Shown: positions 8,550 to 17,341 of the stretch, one piece after another
How positions within the stretch are numbered: the first letter of the stretch is position 1
Layout: every line of letters begins with the position of its first letter
Origin: a virus
Taxonomy: Duplodnaviria; Caudoviricetes
Reading direction: 5' to 3' (one strand)
Length of the DNA: 28,796 bases
Virus record (IMG/VR): IMGVR_UViG_3300017589_000077
Coordinates: 1-28,796 of that record
Translations under genes and position numbers: made by a program
Notes under the pieces: generated by a model
Told to the model about the DNA's origin: nothing
What the model saw: the letters and a program-made list of their open reading frames with translations, nothing else
The model's database searches: none

Positions 8550-8912
8550 ATGACCATAACAGAAGATCAACTGGAAACATGGATCACTCAGCTGATCAAA
8601 GATAACAAGCTTTCAAAGTTTTATAAGTGGAGTGAGTGGCGGGAACTGGCAGAAGAAATTAAAAAAGAAAATAACTTTGAATGCCAGCTATGCAAAGAAA
8701 GACACATACATTCAAAAGCAAGAAGCGTACATCATGTTCAGTGGGTCAGGAAGCACCCAAGACTTGCTATGTCTAGGACGTATGAGTATCAGGGAAAGAT
8801 ATATAAGAACCTCATACCTTTATGTGAAGCATGTCACAATGAGCAGCACCCAGACAAGCGGGTACGGAATGAATATAAAAAAAATAAATTTTTTAATGAA
8901 GAACGATGGTGA
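8550..8912 (+). CDS. HNH endonuclease (terminase-associated, HK97 gp74-like)
   Basis: CQLC...VHHV...NLIPLCEACHNEQH; immediately upstream of terS. Confidence 0.92.
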   Translation: MTITEDQLETWITQLIKDNKLSKFYKWSEWRELAEEIKKENNFECQLCKERHIHSKARSVHHVQWVRKHPRLAMSRTYEYQGKIYKNLIPLCEACHNEQHPDKRVRNEYKKNKFFNEERW

Positions 8913-9015
8913 CATACTCCCCCATCAAAAAGAATTGAATTTTTAAATTTGATAGGGAATCGGGGTAAGGGGTATACAAAACAGAAAATCGCGCGCACAT
9001 AAGGGGGTGGTATGC
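8913..9015. other. Candidate cos/packaging region
   Basis: HNH-terS intergenic region with C and G runs (CCCCCATCAAA...TTTGATAGGG, CGGGGTAAGGGG, CGCGCGC); this is the usual cos position in such phages. Confidence 0.45.
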
Positions 9016-9381
9016 ATGGCTAAAAAACCAGATGAAAGAAGCGCAGAGGTAAAACGGATTGTAAGGTCAAAACAGTACAAGGAAATTGAAAAAGATCTAT
9101 GTGATCAGTTGGAATCAAACGGGACTTTCGGAAAATTCTTTGAAGATCTGATTCAAGATTATATGGCAATGTATGTCACAAAATGTCTTCTGATCGAAGA
9201 TATCCAAAAGCGCGGAACTATCGTGACTTATGATAATGGCGGTGGTCAAAAAGGGTACAAGAAAAATGAAGCTGTGGACATGTTCAATAAGACAAATGGT
9301 CAAATGCTAAAGCTACTTTCTGAACTGGGGCTGAAAGCCAGTGCCGCGCTAGGTGGTGGCTGTTATGACGACGATTTATAA
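9016..9381 (+). CDS. terS: Terminase small subunit (P27-like)
   Basis: DIQKRGTIV..NGGGQ..KKNEAV...LLSELGL pattern; position; GGGGGTG RBS. Confidence 0.88.
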   Translation: MAKKPDERSAEVKRIVRSKQYKEIEKDLCDQLESNGTFGKFFEDLIQDYMAMYVTKCLLIEDIQKRGTIVTYDNGGGQKGYKKNEAVDMFNKTNGQMLKLLSELGLKASAALGGGCYDDDL

Positions 9382-11032
9382 CGACGTAAAAGAAATCAAA
9401 GACTATTTTGATATGGTCGAAAATGGTGGTAAAAAAGGCTATAAACGTGTCAGTTTGTGGCAGAAAAAATTCGTTTTATTCGTCAAAAAGGTATTTGAAA
9501 GTGAAGATTTGGTCATTAAAACTGATCAACTTAAAAAATATATGTCACTTGAAAAATACTTTGACTTTAAATTATTTGAATGGGAAAAATGCGTATTCGC
9601 ACTTCATATTTGTGTGTTCAGACAAGACGGTATGCCGCGCTTTCCAGATCTTATGATACTTGTTTCAAGGGGTGCTGGTAAAAATGGATATTTGGCATTT
9701 GAAGACTTCTGTCTGATCAGTCCATATAACGACATAAGAGAATATGACATTGATATTTGTGCTACAGCAGAGGAACAGGCAAGAACAAGCTTTGACGATA
9801 TTTACAACGTTCTTGAAACGCCAGAGAACACAAAAAAATTAAAGAAGTTTTTTTACTGGAATAAGCAAACCATTGTTGGAAGAAAAAACAGATCAAAGAT
9901 AAAGTATAGAACCAACAATGCAAAGTCAAAAGACGGGTTGCGTTCTGGGAAGGTTGATTTTGATGAAGTACATGCCTATGAGACATACGACAATATAAAA
10001 GTATTTACCACAGCCCTGGGCAAAAAGGCACACCCACGTAGAACATATATCACAACAAATGGGGATGTATGCGATGGTGTTCTTGATGATCTGATCGAAA
10101 AGTCACAGAGAATTCTAGATTTTGAAGTTGATGACAACGGATTTCTACCATTTATCTGTATGCTTGATGATCCAGAAGAAGTATACGACGAAGAAAACTG
10201 GTACAAAGCAAATCCATCATTACAGTATTTGCCTAATTTGTTAGAAGAAACGAAAAAAGAATTTATTGAGTGGCAGGAAAACAGATCCAGCAGCAGTGAT
10301 TTTATGACAAAGAGAATGAACATCAGGCAGGGAAACAAGGAAGTACAGATCACATGCTGGGAAAACATTCTTGCAACAAAGCAGGATGTTGAGCCACACA
10401 GAAAAGGACAGGCAGCAGTACTGGGAATTGACTATACAAAGATAAATGACTTTGCATCAGCTGGATTTCTGACAAGACAGGATGGCAAGTTTGTATGGAT
10501 TCAAAAAACTTGGGTATGTAAGCACAGCGCAGATCTTCCGCGTATTAAATATCCAATTCATGAGCCGGAAGCAACGGGGGAACTTGAAATAATAGACGCC
10601 CCAGAAATAGATCCAGAGATTATTGTGCTTTGGATAGAAGAAAAGATGGCAGAATATACGATCATCATGACAGCACTTGATGATTATCGTTATGCACTCA
10701 TGAAAAAATCATTGTCAAGAATTGGAATCAGTTATGAAAACAAAAATATTAAGCTGGTACGTCCATCTGACAAGATAAAAATTGAGCCAATAATAGACAG
10801 TGCATTTACAAATCACAACATAGTATTTGGGGATTCCTCTTTGATGCGCTGGTATACAAATAATACTAAAAAGGTTAAGTCCAAAAAGTACGGGAACTAT
10901 GAGTATCAAAAAATCGAAGCGAAAAGCAGAAAGACAGATGGCTTTTTCGCATTTGTTGCAGCTATGACGGAGTATGAAGTAATTCCAGAAGAACAGGTAT
11001 GTGGAACAATACTTCCACTATTCACTATGTAG
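9365..11032 (+). CDS. terL: Terminase large subunit
   Basis: Walker A SRGAGKN, Walker B VDFDEVH, YITT coupling motif, WYKANPSL, RNase H-like GIDY and KTDG. Confidence 0.96.
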   Translation: MTTIYNDVKEIKDYFDMVENGGKKGYKRVSLWQKKFVLFVKKVFESEDLVIKTDQLKKYMSLEKYFDFKLFEWEKCVFALHICVFRQDGMPRFPDLMILVSRGAGKNGYLAFEDFCLISPYNDIREYDIDICATAEEQARTSFDDIYNVLETPENTKKLKKFFYWNKQTIVGRKNRSKIKYRTNNAKSKDGLRSGKVDFDEVHAYETYDNIKVFTTALGKKAHPRRTYITTNGDVCDGVLDDLIEKSQRILDFEVDDNGFLPFICMLDDPEEVYDEENWYKANPSLQYLPNLLEETKKEFIEWQENRSSSSDFMTKRMNIRQGNKEVQITCWENILATKQDVEPHRKGQAAVLGIDYTKINDFASAGFLTRQDGKFVWIQKTWVCKHSADLPRIKYPIHEPEATGELEIIDAPEIDPEIIVLWIEEKMAEYTIIMTALDDYRYALMKKSLSRIGISYENKNIKLVRPSDKIKIEPIIDSAFTNHNIVFGDSSLMRWYTNNTKKVKSKKYGNYEYQKIEAKSRKTDGFFAFVAAMTEYEVIPEEQVCGTILPLFTM

Positions 11033-11049
11033 GAAAGGGGGGAAAAAAA

Positions 11050-12201
11050 TTGAATATAAATGATTTCTTTTTAAGAGCATTTGGAAAAGTAAGCACCATA
11101 AACTTACAAACGCAAATAGAAGAACAGGTAACAGAAGTATTCTTCAAAGAATTAGCGACAGCATGTGCAATCAATATGGTCGCTTCCACAATTAGCAAAT
11201 GTGAAATACGAACATTTGTAAAATATGAGCCAGTAAAAAAAGAAGACTACTATCTTTGGAATATATCACCAAACCAAAACGAAAACAGCAGTGACATGTT
11301 ACAAAAATTTATTACAAATCTTTGCTATGACAATGAAGCTTTGATTGTAGAAATCAATGGAAGTCTATATGTTGCTGATTCGTTTAGTCGGAGAAGATAC
11401 GCTTTATACGAGGATGTATTCAGCAATATTGTGATCGGTGATCTAACACTACAAAAGTCACTTCCGGCAAGAGAAGTAATTTATATGCAGCTGAATAATA
11501 TAGATATCAGGCAAAGACTTGAAGGTGCCTATACAAGCTATGGAAAAACAGTTGCAAAGGCAATCCGTAATAGCCTTCGGGCAAATGGTCAAAAAGGAAT
11601 ACTTGATATTGATGCAGCAACATCAGCCAGCAAAGACTATGCAGAAAATTTAAAAATACTTTTTGATGAAAGATTCAAGCCGTTCTTCGAAGCAAGTCAA
11701 GCAGTTCTTCCATTGACTTCTGGATATAAATACACAGATGTTACAAAGGTTACTACACCGCCAGCACCATCAGATATCAATGAAAGAATCAATTATGAAT
11801 TTGAAATGGCAGGACGTGCTTTGAAGATTCCAAAAGCTTTGATGCTTGGGGATGTATCTGACGTAGAGAAAGTAACAAAAAATTATCTTACGTTTGCAAT
11901 AGATCCGCTTGCAGATAAATTCGGGGAAGAATGTACAAGAAAGCGATATGGGGAAAAGCAATATATCAAAGGCAACTACATGGATGTGAACACAAATGCA
12001 ATTCAGCATATTGATATTTTTGCAGAAGCTGTAAGTAGCGACAAGCTATTTTCAAGCGGTCTGTATTGCATTGATGAACTTCGTGTGAAACTGGGTGACA
12101 CGGCTTTAAAGACTGACTGGTCACAAAAGCATTACATAACAAAGAACTATGCAGATGCAGAAAAAATGGAACATCTAGGAAATTCAGAAGGGGGTGAATA
12201 G
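11050..12201 (+). CDS. Portal protein (HK97-like)
   Basis: Position after terL; PNQNENS...LKIPKALMLG...IDELRVKLG; TTG start after AAAGGGGGG. Confidence 0.92.
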   Translation: MNINDFFLRAFGKVSTINLQTQIEEQVTEVFFKELATACAINMVASTISKCEIRTFVKYEPVKKEDYYLWNISPNQNENSSDMLQKFITNLCYDNEALIVEINGSLYVADSFSRRRYALYEDVFSNIVIGDLTLQKSLPAREVIYMQLNNIDIRQRLEGAYTSYGKTVAKAIRNSLRANGQKGILDIDAATSASKDYAENLKILFDERFKPFFEASQAVLPLTSGYKYTDVTKVTTPPAPSDINERINYEFEMAGRALKIPKALMLGDVSDVEKVTKNYLTFAIDPLADKFGEECTRKRYGEKQYIKGNYMDVNTNAIQHIDIFAEAVSSDKLFSSGLYCIDELRVKLGDTALKTDWSQKHYITKNYADAEKMEHLGNSEGGE

Positions 12202-12204
12202 GAA

Positions 12205-13074
12205 GTGAAGCAGAAGCAAACACAGTATTGTTTCAAACAGGAAGCAAACAGTAATGTTCATAAACTTTATATTTATGATGATGTTACAGAATATGGTGAG
12301 CTTGACTGGTGGACATGGGAGTATACGGAATCAGAAACAAGCGCAGAGTATTTTAGAAAAGCTTTAGAAGCGATACCAGATACAGACACGATTGAACTGC
12401 ATATTAATTCATATGGTGGATCTGTAAAAGAGGGTGTTGCAATCTATAACCAGTTAAAGCGTAAGAATTGCAAGGAGATCATCGCATATGTTGATGGATT
12501 TGCGTATTCAATCGCTTCTGTCATTTTACAGGCAGCAGATAGAAGAATCATGGGACTGGGAACAAGTCTTTTGATTCATAACATGTGGATCAGTACGACT
12601 GGTAATGCAGAAGATTTGAGAAAAGCAGCAGACGATCTGGACATACTTATGGAAAGTAACAGGCAAATTTATCTTGAACGGGCAACAATTACAGAAGATG
12701 AACTGATTGAAATCATGGCAAAGGAAACATACTTAACGCCAGATCAGGCAATATCAATGGGATTTGCTGATGAAGTAGAGTCAAGAACCGGAAGTAAAAC
12801 AGAAGATCCAGCAATTATGCAGCAAAAATTATTACAGCAGCTTGCAAATATGCGTTGTGAAATGAATGCACAAAAATCTTTTAGAGAAGAACTATCAAAA
12901 CTGCATCAGTCAACGCAACAAAAAAATGTGTCAGATTCTGACACAGGGGAAGAACCTGAGGAAGATACAGGAGATAGTAAAGAAACCACAGAAACTAAAG
13001 AAGAAGTTAACAACTCTATGGCTGCATTAATTGCAATGGCAGCAGCAAGAACATTGAAGAGCGAAAGGAATTAA
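12205..13074 (+). CDS. ClpP-family head maturation protease
   Basis: HINSYGGSV, DGFAYSIAS (catalytic Ser), LIHN (His), ETYLTPDQAISMGFAD. Confidence 0.93.
   Translation: MKQKQTQYCFKQEANSNVHKLYIYDDVTEYGELDWWTWEYTESETSAEYFRKALEAIPDTDTIELHINSYGGSVKEGVAIYNQLKRKNCKEIIAYVDGFAYSIASVILQAADRRIMGLGTSLLIHNMWISTTGNAEDLRKAADDLDILMESNRQIYLERATITEDELIEIMAKETYLTPDQAISMGFADEVESRTGSKTEDPAIMQQKLLQQLANMRCEMNAQKSFREELSKLHQSTQQKNVSDSDTGEEPEEDTGDSKETTETKEEVNNSMAALIAMAAARTLKSERN
12927..12945. repeat. Perfect 19-bp palindrome TGTGTCAGA-T-TCTGACACA (candidate parS)
   Basis: 9-bp perfect arms, in the low-complexity C-terminal linker of the protease gene. Confidence 0.6.
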
Positions 13075-13079
13075 AAAGA

Positions 13080-14426
13080 ATGAAAAGTAAAGATGTAGAA
13101 ATGCTTGAAAGAACAGAACTTGCACAGAAATTCAATGAAGCATTAAAAAGCAATGATCCAGAACAGGTTGCACAGGCTATGGCAGACATGGCAGATGGTA
13201 TTCAGCAGGAGATATTACAAAAAGCACAGTCGATGGCAGCAGTAGAACAGATTGACGCAGCAGCACTGGCAGCGCGGGGAGTAAGACAACTTACATCAGA
13301 TGAAAAGAAATATTATCAGGCTTTGGTTTCTGCAATGAAAACAGACGATCCAAAACAGGCATTAGCAAATATTACAGTTACAATGCCACAAACAATTATC
13401 GAAAGTGTTTTCGAAGATCTACAGAAGGAACACCCGCTGCTTGCTGCAATCAATTTTCAGAATACCACATATATGACAGAGTGGATCTTGAATAAAAATG
13501 GAAAACAGAAAGCAGTATGGGGAGCAGTAACAGCAGAAATCACAAAAGAACTTGAAGGTGATTTCGAAAAATTATCAATGGTATTGAATTCTTTAACAGC
13601 ATTTCTTCCAGTTGCAAAATCTATGCTGGATCTTGGAGAAGGATGGCTTGACAGTTATGTGCGCGAAGTTTTAAAAGATGCAATCTATGTAGGACTGGAA
13701 GATGGAATTGTTAATGGTACTGGAATTAATATGCCTATCGGTATGACAAAAGATCTGAATGCTTCAAAAGCTGATGGTGCGCCATATCCAGACAAAGCAG
13801 CAATTAAAATCACAAGATTTACTTCTGAAAAATATGGAGCGATTATTGCATCCCTTGCAAAGAGCAGGAACGGCAGACCAAGAACCGTGGGAACTGTAAT
13901 CATGCTTGTAAATCCGGTTGATTACTTCAATAAAGTAATGCCAGCAACAACGATTCAAAGACCAGATGGTACGTTTGCAAATAATGTACTTCCATATCCA
14001 ACAACTATTATTCAGTGTGAAGAAGTTGCAGCAGGAAAAGCGGTTGTTGGAATTGCTGATAAATACTTTATGGGGATGGGAACATCAAAAGACGGTGTCA
14101 TTGAATATGATGACAGCTATAAGTTTTTACAGCGTGAAAGAGTTTACGCAGCGTTTATTTATGCAAATGGTAAACCAATTGATAATAATGCATTTACTGT
14201 GCTTGATATCAGCGAACTGGAAGCAGCAGCATATACCGTTATTACAGGAACAACAATTGAAACGACAACAGTAGAGAAGACAGTCTGGACAGAAGCAGAA
14301 CTTACAGCATTAACGATTGATCAGATCAAGGGTCTTGCTGCTTACCGTGGATATACAATTACAGCAACTGTAAAAGCTGAAATCATTGCTGAATTCTTAG
14401 CAGCACAGACAGCAGCACAGGCTTAA
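13080..14426 (+). CDS. Major capsid protein (HK97 fold) with a C-terminal helical extension
   Basis: Helical N-terminal delta-like domain, IVNGTGINMPIGM, GKPIDNNAF; position after the protease. Confidence 0.93.
   Translation: MKSKDVEMLERTELAQKFNEALKSNDPEQVAQAMADMADGIQQEILQKAQSMAAVEQIDAAALAARGVRQLTSDEKKYYQALVSAMKTDDPKQALANITVTMPQTIIESVFEDLQKEHPLLAAINFQNTTYMTEWILNKNGKQKAVWGAVTAEITKELEGDFEKLSMVLNSLTAFLPVAKSMLDLGEGWLDSYVREVLKDAIYVGLEDGIVNGTGINMPIGMTKDLNASKADGAPYPDKAAIKITRFTSEKYGAIIASLAKSRNGRPRTVGTVIMLVNPVDYFNKVMPATTIQRPDGTFANNVLPYPTTIIQCEEVAAGKAVVGIADKYFMGMGTSKDGVIEYDDSYKFLQRERVYAAFIYANGKPIDNNAFTVLDISELEAAAYTVITGTTIETTTVEKTVWTEAELTALTIDQIKGLAAYRGYTITATVKAEIIAEFLAAQTAAQA
14400..14425 (+). repeat. 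26-bp exact direct repeat, copy 1 (capsid 3' end)
   Basis: GCAGCACAGACAGCAGCACAGGCTTA, identical to 16607-16632. Confidence 0.95.
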
Positions 14427-14434
14427 GTATTTTA

Positions 14435-14458
14435 AGACAGCGGGGATTCCCGCTGTCT
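14435..14458 (+). terminator. Perfect 10-bp hairpin after the capsid gene (weak terminator or mRNA stabiliser)
   Basis: AGACAGCGGG-gatt-CCCGCTGTCT with a poor U-tract. Confidence 0.6.
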
Positions 14459-14478
14459 ATCATTGAAAGTGGTGAAAT

Positions 14479-14832
14479 ATGGATGAAACAGAGGTAACAA
14501 CTGAAACGACGCCAGTACCAGAGACAGAAGAACAACTTCTTGAAGCAGTTCTGAATGATCTTGATATTACATACAATGATGAAAACATAAAAAAAAGAAT
14601 AAAAGGTATCATGGAACGCGGGAAAGCCTATCTTGATGATAAATACGGGTCGGGAATCAACTTTGAAACAGATAAACAGGCGCGCGAACTATTGTTTTCA
14701 TACTGTAGATATGGAAGATCTAACGCTATAGAACAGTTTGAACATGATTTCCTTTCAATGATCATAAATCTGGCGATCCGAGGAGCAAAAGGTACTTACC
14801 AAACGGGGGTGACAGATGAAGTCACAATTTGA
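14479..14832 (+). CDS. Head-tail connector (gp6-like adaptor)
   Basis: Size and position after the capsid gene; helical ELLFSYCRY motif. Confidence 0.75.
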   Translation: MDETEVTTETTPVPETEEQLLEAVLNDLDITYNDENIKKRIKGIMERGKAYLDDKYGSGINFETDKQARELLFSYCRYGRSNAIEQFEHDFLSMIINLAIRGAKGTYQTGVTDEVTI

Positions 14833-15151
14833 AACATTCAATGATGGTATTTTAGGTGTTTACAGTAAAAACGATGAAGATAAGTTGGTGAAAATACTTG
14901 AAAATATTCGTTTCGGTGAAGAAAACGTGGGTATTTCAAGACATTTCGCTGCATTAGCAGCAGGGCAGCAAGTGGACAAGACAATACATGTTCCAATGCA
15001 AAAAACTTTTACGGTACACAACATTGTTGTCATTAATAATGATGAACAATATGACATTGAAAAGATTGATCATCTGCAAGACACAAAGCCACCAATCACA
15101 AAGTTATCTTTGAAACTGCTTGAAATGCATAGAAAGAAGGAATTTGCATGA
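14816..15151 (+). CDS. Head closure/stopper protein
   Basis: Synteny; beta-rich, QYDIEKIDH. Confidence 0.7.
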   Translation: MKSQFETFNDGILGVYSKNDEDKLVKILENIRFGEENVGISRHFAALAAGQQVDKTIHVPMQKTFTVHNIVVINNDEQYDIEKIDHLQDTKPPITKLSLKLLEMHRKKEFA

Positions 15152-15555
15152 AAGTAAATGCATCTGGTGCAATACCACCGGAGAATCTTGGGGAAGCTAT
15201 TCAGGAAGCTTTAATTTCATGGACAGAAGAAAAAGAAAAAGAATTCTTCAAGGTAATAGATAAAGCAGCAGACAAATGTAATGATGCAGCAGCTTCGTAC
15301 CTGTCTAAAGGAAATGGTGTTGACACAGGCGATTATAAAAATTCTTTCCGCGTAAACAGTGAACGGTTAAGCAAACATCATCATAAATCAACGTGGTATG
15401 TTGATGCACCAGAATACAGGCTGATTCACTTATTAGAAAATGGTCATGCAACGAGGAATGGCGGGAGAACGAAAGCTATAAAACATGTAGTACATGGAAG
15501 AGAGATTGCAGAGCAGGTGTTGGATGGGTCTATACAAAAGATATGGCAGGGGTAG
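15148..15555 (+). CDS. HK97 gp10-like tail completion protein
   Basis: DTGDYKNSF...YRLIHLLENGHATRNGGR signature. Confidence 0.8.
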   Translation: MKVNASGAIPPENLGEAIQEALISWTEEKEKEFFKVIDKAADKCNDAAASYLSKGNGVDTGDYKNSFRVNSERLSKHHHKSTWYVDAPEYRLIHLLENGHATRNGGRTKAIKHVVHGREIAEQVLDGSIQKIWQG

Positions 15556-15888
15556 GTGGAAAGTAAAGTGTTAGATTTAAAAAACCTAATTGAAAGTAAA
15601 ACGAGCATACCAACAGCAGATACGGCATTCACAAAACCGCAAAATCTACCGTTTTGCGTATTTCTTGATAGACAGGATACAGACGGGGATGACAGAAAAA
15701 ATGTACAGGTAATTGAACACGATCTGGCGGTTGAATTCTATGCAGCAAGAATTGACAGTGCCAATGAAACGAAATTAGAAGAGTTATTCAAACAGCAGGG
15801 CTGGGAATACACGAGAGAACGCACCTATTTATCAGATGAACAGTATTTTGAAACAATCTATCAAATGAATTTCAAAGAAAGGAAATAA
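15556..15888 (+). CDS. Tail terminator-like protein
   Basis: Synteny before the major tail protein; LPFCVF motif. Confidence 0.65.
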   Translation: MESKVLDLKNLIESKTSIPTADTAFTKPQNLPFCVFLDRQDTDGDDRKNVQVIEHDLAVEFYAARIDSANETKLEELFKQQGWEYTRERTYLSDEQYFETIYQMNFKERK

Positions 15889-15892
15889 AAAA

Positions 15893-16633
15893 ATGCCAGA
15901 TGTAAAAGGAACAAAAGAAAAGGTAACACTTGGATCTGGACTGACCTATATGAAAGAATTTACAGGGATGTTACCAAGTGCAGCTGAACTGATTGAAGAA
16001 ATGGTAAAAGAAGAATATCTTGCCGGATATACAAAAGGCGGTGCAAGTATTGAGTACAAGCCGACTAGTACATCAGAAAAAGATGATATGGGTCTTAAAG
16101 TAAAAGAAGTGATCACAGAAGAGGAAGCAACCTATAAAACAGGTCTTTTCACTTGGAATGGAGTCACATTAAAGAAAATTTGTGCGACAGCAAGAGTTGA
16201 AGAGGTAGACGTGACGATCAATGGTAAGTTAAAGAAATTAAGAATTGCAAAGATTGGTGGAGTTGCAAATGATGATGGAAAACAGTACGTTGTTTTATTC
16301 GTACATGAAGATCCAGTCGAAGGTAATTGCTATCTGATCATTGTCGGAAGGAATGCAGCTGGATTTACGATTACTTTTGAAGCAGACAGCGCGACTGTAA
16401 TTGATGCTGAATTTGCTTGTAAACCACAAGACAGTGAAGGTACCCTGATTCAGTTTATAGAAGAATTAGACGATCCGGCAGACGATGGAATTTATACACA
16501 GGTAGAACTTGAAGCAATGACAATTACTTCTATTCAGGCACTTGCAGCAAGTAAAAATTATACAATTACGAAAACATTAAAAGCTGAGATTATTACAGAG
16601 TTCTTGGCAGCACAGACAGCAGCACAGGCTTAG
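15893..16633 (+). CDS. Major tail (tube) protein with a C-terminal helical extension
   Basis: LGSG...AGYTKGGASIEYKP...VIDAEF; position; GAAAGGA RBS. Confidence 0.85.
   Translation: MPDVKGTKEKVTLGSGLTYMKEFTGMLPSAAELIEEMVKEEYLAGYTKGGASIEYKPTSTSEKDDMGLKVKEVITEEEATYKTGLFTWNGVTLKKICATARVEEVDVTINGKLKKLRIAKIGGVANDDGKQYVVLFVHEDPVEGNCYLIIVGRNAAGFTITFEADSATVIDAEFACKPQDSEGTLIQFIEELDDPADDGIYTQVELEAMTITSIQALAASKNYTITKTLKAEIITEFLAAQTAAQA
16607..16632 (+). repeat. 26-bp exact direct repeat, copy 2 (major tail 3' end)
   Basis: Identical to 14400-14425. Confidence 0.95.
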
Positions 16634-16639
16634 CATGTA

Positions 16640-16666
16640 AGGCTGGGTACTCCCCAGCCTGTTTTT
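16640..16666 (+). terminator. Intrinsic terminator after the major tail gene
   Basis: AGGCTGGG-tactc-CCCAGCCT-GTTTTT. Confidence 0.7.
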
Positions 16667-16686
16667 AAAAGAAGGGAAGAAAAGTT

Positions 16687-17067
16687 ATGAACTACAATAT
16701 CAATTTTCAAAAAGCAAAAAGAAACTATATGGTATTAACATTTGACGATGAAGCAGACGGGGAAGAATTCGTTCATACAATACAAGTCGGAATGCCGAAA
16801 AAGAAGATATTTGATGCACTTTTAGATCTACAAGAAATTATGGAAAAAATAAAAGAAGTTCCAGAAGAGGAAAGAAATAAATCAGAGAATAGCAGAAAAC
16901 AGATAGAGGAAATGTATACTCTGGTATCAATTATTCTTTCAAATAATCTTGTGAAAGAACATATTTCAAAAGAGTGGGTCGAAGATCAGATGGTATTTGA
17001 AGAGATTCGGGAATTATTGACACAGTATGTGAAATTTTGCAAAGGGGAAGCAACAAACCCAAACTAG
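16687..17067 (+). CDS. Tail assembly chaperone (gpG-like)
   Basis: Between the major tail and TMP genes; ends at a slippery site. Confidence 0.8.
   Translation: MNYNINFQKAKRNYMVLTFDDEADGEEFVHTIQVGMPKKKIFDALLDLQEIMEKIKEVPEEERNKSENSRKQIEEMYTLVSIILSNNLVKEHISKEWVEDQMVFEEIRELLTQYVKFCKGEATNPN
17058..17064 (+). other. -1 programmed ribosomal frameshift site C CCA AAC
   Basis: X XXY YYZ heptamer directly before TAG; the -1 frame continues ...KLALPFYP. Confidence 0.75.
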
Positions 17068-17330
17068 CATTGCCCTTCTATCCAACGGATGAAGAAGGGT
17101 ATTTCGAAATACCAACATACTGGGAACATATTGTACATGAATACACTGGGCTGAATGTCAATGAAATTGAAGAATTAGAATACATTGATTATCTGCAATA
17201 TAGACGTGATGCATTTATTCACATGCTGAATGAAACAGAACAAGGCAGGGAATATCTTGAAAAGGCACGTATGTTGATGCAGACAGAACCAGACCGTGAA
17301 AAGCTTCGCAACCGTTTCGGTAAGAAGTAA
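17058..17330 (+). CDS. gpT-like portion of the G-T frameshift fusion
   Basis: -1 frame ORF with no good start or RBS of its own, ending just before TMP. Confidence 0.72.
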   Translation, partial: PKLALPFYPTDEEGYFEIPTYWEHIVHEYTGLNVNEIEELEYIDYLQYRRDAFIHMLNETEQGREYLEKARMLMQTEPDREKLRNRFGKK

Positions 17331-17341
17331 GGGGTGTAAGC

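Noticed and set aside
8140-8580. 146-aa - strand ORF with an internal GAAGGAAAG-ATG
   Set aside because: It overlaps the regulator gene antisense and the hairpin-rich leader and has no protein-like motif; the pyrimidine tract is as easily an RNA structural element
443-8912. MTase plus VRR-NUC or HNH as a restriction-modification system
   Set aside because: The nucleases are distant from the MTase and sit in their usual recombination and packaging positions
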